Positions 61,258-64,000 of a stretch of 64,000 bases of DNA are shown here, one piece after another. The DNA comes from an uncultured virus (IMG/VR IMGVR_UViG_3300047673_000294). Lineage: Duplodnaviria > Heunggongvirae > Uroviricota > Caudoviricetes. A model generated the notes under the pieces. That model saw only the letters and a program-made list of their open reading frames with translations. It ran no database searches and was not told the DNA's origin. Each line of letters opens with the position of its first letter. Position 1 is the first letter of the stretch. Location: IMG/VR virus record IMGVR_UViG_3300047673_000294; one strand, 5' to 3'. Position numbers and translations under genes: made by a program.

Positions 61258-64000
61258 TCAGCCGACGAACGCCATGTGGCGTGCGATGTCAGCCGCCTGC
61301 TCGGCGGTGGTCTGCTTGGCGCCGTAGAGGTTCACCGTGATCTGCCGGGTGACCTCCCGCGCCATGGCCGCCGCGGACACGGCGCCGCCCCCGTACCGGC
61401 CGGCGGGCACCAGCTGGTAGCCCATCCCCGCCGCGGTCCGGGCCAGGAGTGCTTTCGACCTCGCCGAGCCGTTCCACGGGATCCACGACTCGCGGTCCCC
61501 GGCCTCTCCGCCGAGCACCATCGTGGGCCGGGACAGGATCCCGCCCGCTGCCATCGCCTTGCCGCCTTGCTGCACCCACTGCCGCACGAACGTGGCTTTG
61601 TTGGCCTCTGGCAAGTTGCCGATCTGCGCGGCCATCTTCGGGACCAGGGCCTTGATGGTCGCCGTGTCGAGGCCAGCCGCGATGAGATCCGCATACCCGC
61701 GGCCGGCGCCGCCGCGGAGTGTGGACAGCAGGATCAGGGAGTTCGACAGGTCCTCGCCGGTGAGCGCGCTCTGCGCCTTGCCGACGGCAGCATTCGCCAC
61801 TTTCGCCTGCAGCGTGCTGCCGACGGCCTGGTGGGCGAGCTCCTGCGCGCTGGTGTCGCCCTGGGCCGCGAGGGCCTGCGCCAGGTCCCCGAACCCCTGC
61901 GCGGCCAGGGTTTGCAGGTCCTTGGCGAACTGCTGGGAGTCCTTGGTGCTGGCGCCCAGCTGCTTGGTGAAATCAGCCAAGGTCGCCTTGGCCAGCTCGC
62001 CCGTCTTCTCAAGCTTGGACGTGATCGACTTGAACTGTTTGTCGCTCGCCCCGGCGAGGGCGTTGACGAGGCTGTAGCCCTCCTCGCCCATCCCTTCCAG
62101 CATTGTCTGCAGCTCTTTGCCGCCCCGCCTGCCGATCTTGTTGAGGCTGCCGCGCCACTTCTCCGTCGCGGCCACGGACTTGCCGAGCTGCGCCTCGTAG
62201 GCCTTGAGGTTGAAGGCCGTCGGCGCCTTGCTGCCGTTCTTCAACCCGAGAGCCTTGTCGGCCTTGTTGACGTCCGACCGCTCCTCGTGAACCTTCTTGT
62301 CAGCCGACTTCTTCGCCGTCCGCGCCTTGTCCACGCGAGACTCGGCGGCCCGCAGCTGCGTCGCGGTGTGGTGCCCGTGGCGAACCCTGGAGAGGTTCTT
62401 CTCGGCATCCTTGAGCGCGTCAGTCTTCGTCTTGGCGTTCTTCAGCGCCGTGTTGAGGTCGTCCCACGCCTTCTTCAGCGCCTCGACGGCCTTGTCATAC
62501 CGAGACTTGGCGTCCGACGGCCCGCCGAGGACGGCCCTCCCGCTCGGCGAGTAGGTGAAGCCGGGGATACCACCGCCGCCGGCGAACCACTGCACGGTGC
62601 CGCCCAGGCGCTTCACGGTCTCGGCGGCGATCTGCCGGGATCGTGGGCGCTTGCTCTGCGCGAGGGGGATGTACGCCTCGCCGCCTGTCTCGTCCTCGGC
62701 CCACACCCGCCAGGCGCCCGCCTTGGCGATCTGCGCAACGTGGTCCTCGCGCATGCCGCCGCTGGCGTAGTACACGGCCCCGTTGGCATTGTTACTGCCG
62801 TAACTGCCGCTGAGGACGCTGTCGCGGCCCCCCGCAGCTGCGATGTGCTCCTGTACGTACACGTCGACAGACCTGCCGTGCAGGTTGTTGACCCAGCCTT
62901 GGATGGTGCGCACCGCCTGGGCTGGGCTGCCCGTAGGGATGGTGATGGACACCTTCCCGTTCTTCATGTGCGTGACCTTGAAGCCGAGGCCTTGGAGGGC
63001 CGCCTCGGCGGTCTTGGTCAGGGCGTTGACCGTGATTGAGCGGCCCTTGGTACCGCGGAGCTTCGCCTGGACGGCTGCGAGATCACTGAGCGCGCCCTGC
63101 GTCTTCGCATCAACCTTCGTGGCGACTGAGACAGGCAATTGGAGATAGGCCGCGGCAAGCCTGTCCACCGCGTCCTTCGAGAAGCCTCTCGCCAGCATGT
63201 CCTTCTTGAGCAGGGCAATGTCCTGCTCAAGGACAGCCTGGCCCGCCTGCTGACTGTTCTTCTGCTCGGCGACCGCCTGAGCGTGCGCCATTGCCCCCTG
63301 GGCAGCCTCGAAGAACGCGGTCTTCACTTTCCGCCCCTTGTCGCTGGTGACGTCCAGCGAGTGGCCGTTCTCCTTCACGGCTGTGTTCAGGTCGGCGAGG
63401 GACTGCCGGAAAGCAATCTCCTTCTCGCCAGCGCTGATGTTGACGCCATTCAGGGAGTTCAGTGCGCCGACGAGCTTCTCGGCCTCGGTGCGGTTGTCCT
63501 GCAACTGGTCAGCGGTGATCCCGAGCTGCGCGGCCAGTTCCTTCTGGGAAGTGGCATTCGTCTTGGTCTGCACATCGACGCCGGCGAGCGCATCGCCGTA
63601 CTGCGGAAACAGGGTGAGCAGTTTCTCCTTGCTGGTGCCGTCCGCCGCTGCCGCGCCCGCGAGCTGGTTGAAAGCATCGGCGGCGAGCTGCGCGTTGCCT
63701 GACTGAGCGAGCTGTGCCAGGGCCTCGTCGACAGCCTTGATTTTGTCGTGAGCCTCATCCAGGGGGATTTGTGATTCCGCAATGCCCTTGGTGATGTTGC
63801 CGGTGAGGCTGTTGACGATGTCGGTGGTTCGGGCTTCCCAGTCAGGGTGAGCGACACGCTTAACAGCCTCGTTGAATTTATCGAGGTTCCCACCGAGGGA
63901 CTTGAGGCCCTCGCCGGAGATTTTGCCGTGCTTGCCGAGGTCGACGAGGGAACTCGCCATCTTCGACACCGACGGCGGGGCGTCCTTGAACTGATCGCGA
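61258..64000 (-). CDS. tape measure protein of prophage B (5' end outside window)
   Basis: Ala-rich helical ORF; WAEDETGGEAYIPL, GGEAGDRESWIP. Confidence 0.88.
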   Translation of the reverse strand, partial: RDQFKDAPPSVSKMASSLVDLGKHGKISGEGLKSLGGNLDKFNEAVKRVAHPDWEARTTDIVNSLTGNITKGIAESQIPLDEAHDKIKAVDEALAQLAQSGNAQLAADAFNQLAGAAAADGTSKEKLLTLFPQYGDALAGVDVQTKTNATSQKELAAQLGITADQLQDNRTEAEKLVGALNSLNGVNISAGEKEIAFRQSLADLNTAVKENGHSLDVTSDKGRKVKTAFFEAAQGAMAHAQAVAEQKNSQQAGQAVLEQDIALLKKDMLARGFSKDAVDRLAAAYLQLPVSVATKVDAKTQGALSDLAAVQAKLRGTKGRSITVNALTKTAEAALQGLGFKVTHMKNGKVSITIPTGSPAQAVRTIQGWVNNLHGRSVDVYVQEHIAAAGGRDSVLSGSYGSNNANGAVYYASGGMREDHVAQIAKAGAWRVWAEDETGGEAYIPLAQSKRPRSRQIAAETVKRLGGTVQWFAGGGGIPGFTYSPSGRAVLGGPSDAKSRYDKAVEALKKAWDDLNTALKNAKTKTDALKDAEKNLSRVRHGHHTATQLRAAESRVDKARTAKKSADKKVHEERSDVNKADKALGLKNGSKAPTAFNLKAYEAQLGKSVAATEKWRGSLNKIGRRGGKELQTMLEGMGEEGYSLVNALAGASDKQFKSITSKLEKTGELAKATLADFTKQLGASTKDSQQFAKDLQTLAAQGFGDLAQALAAQGDTSAQELAHQAVGSTLQAKVANAAVGKAQSALTGEDLSNSLILLSTLRGGAGRGYADLIAAGLDTATIKALVPKMAAQIGNLPEANKATFVRQWVQQGGKAMAAGGILSRPTMVLGGEAGDRESWIPWNGSARSKALLARTAAGMGYQLVPAGRYGGGAVSAAAMAREVTRQITVNLYGAKQTTAEQAADIARHMAFVG

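Larger units (their letters stand above)
54084..64000. mobile_element. Prophage B, second tandem prophage (partial): accessory, lysis and tail genes
   Basis: Same gene order as the left end of prophage A (Cys-rich ORFs, gntR, holin, endolysin, tail, tape measure), but with a different endolysin and different tail proteins. Confidence 0.92.

Noticed and set aside
1..64000. Assembly duplication of a single prophage
   Set aside because: Shared patches carry substitutions, and the GntR, endolysin, tail and tape measure sequences differ
1..64000. Diversity-generating retroelement or retron
   Set aside because: No reverse transcriptase motif and no adenine-specific template/variable repeat pair seen

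Overview
High-GC actinobacterial DNA, most likely Streptomyces (WhiB, DUF2637, GntR modules, codon usage). The window consists entirely of two related but distinct siphovirus-type prophages inserted head-to-tail at a tRNA-Val(TAC) att site. Prophage A (<1-54131, about 55 kb, left end estimated about 1 kb before the window) is almost complete. From left to right it has accessory GntR and GNAT modules, lysis, tail, head and packaging genes, a plasmid-spread-like membrane operon, replication and recombination genes, the cro/cI switch and a tyrosine integrase. Prophage B (54084->64000) shows its att-proximal accessory genes, lysis cassette and part of a different tail module. The junction holds the 3' half of tRNA-Val with integrase arm-type repeats on both sides, so it looks like a complete attP. 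Most interesting candidates: (1) an autoregulated TcmP-like methyltransferase / HNH / DUF5131 radical-SAM-like cassette in which the HNH has no canonical start codon and is reachable by a -1 slippery site; (2) a phage-borne operon resembling Streptomyces conjugative spread genes (DUF2637 protein with about 20 embedded GGCTCA repeats, plus an ATPase-less TraB-like protein followed by clt-like repeats); (3) an HNH gene inserted with a recoded copy of its target gene end; (4) a conserved two-hairpin element opposite gntR in both prophages. All protein assignments come from motif recognition by eye; no searches were run.
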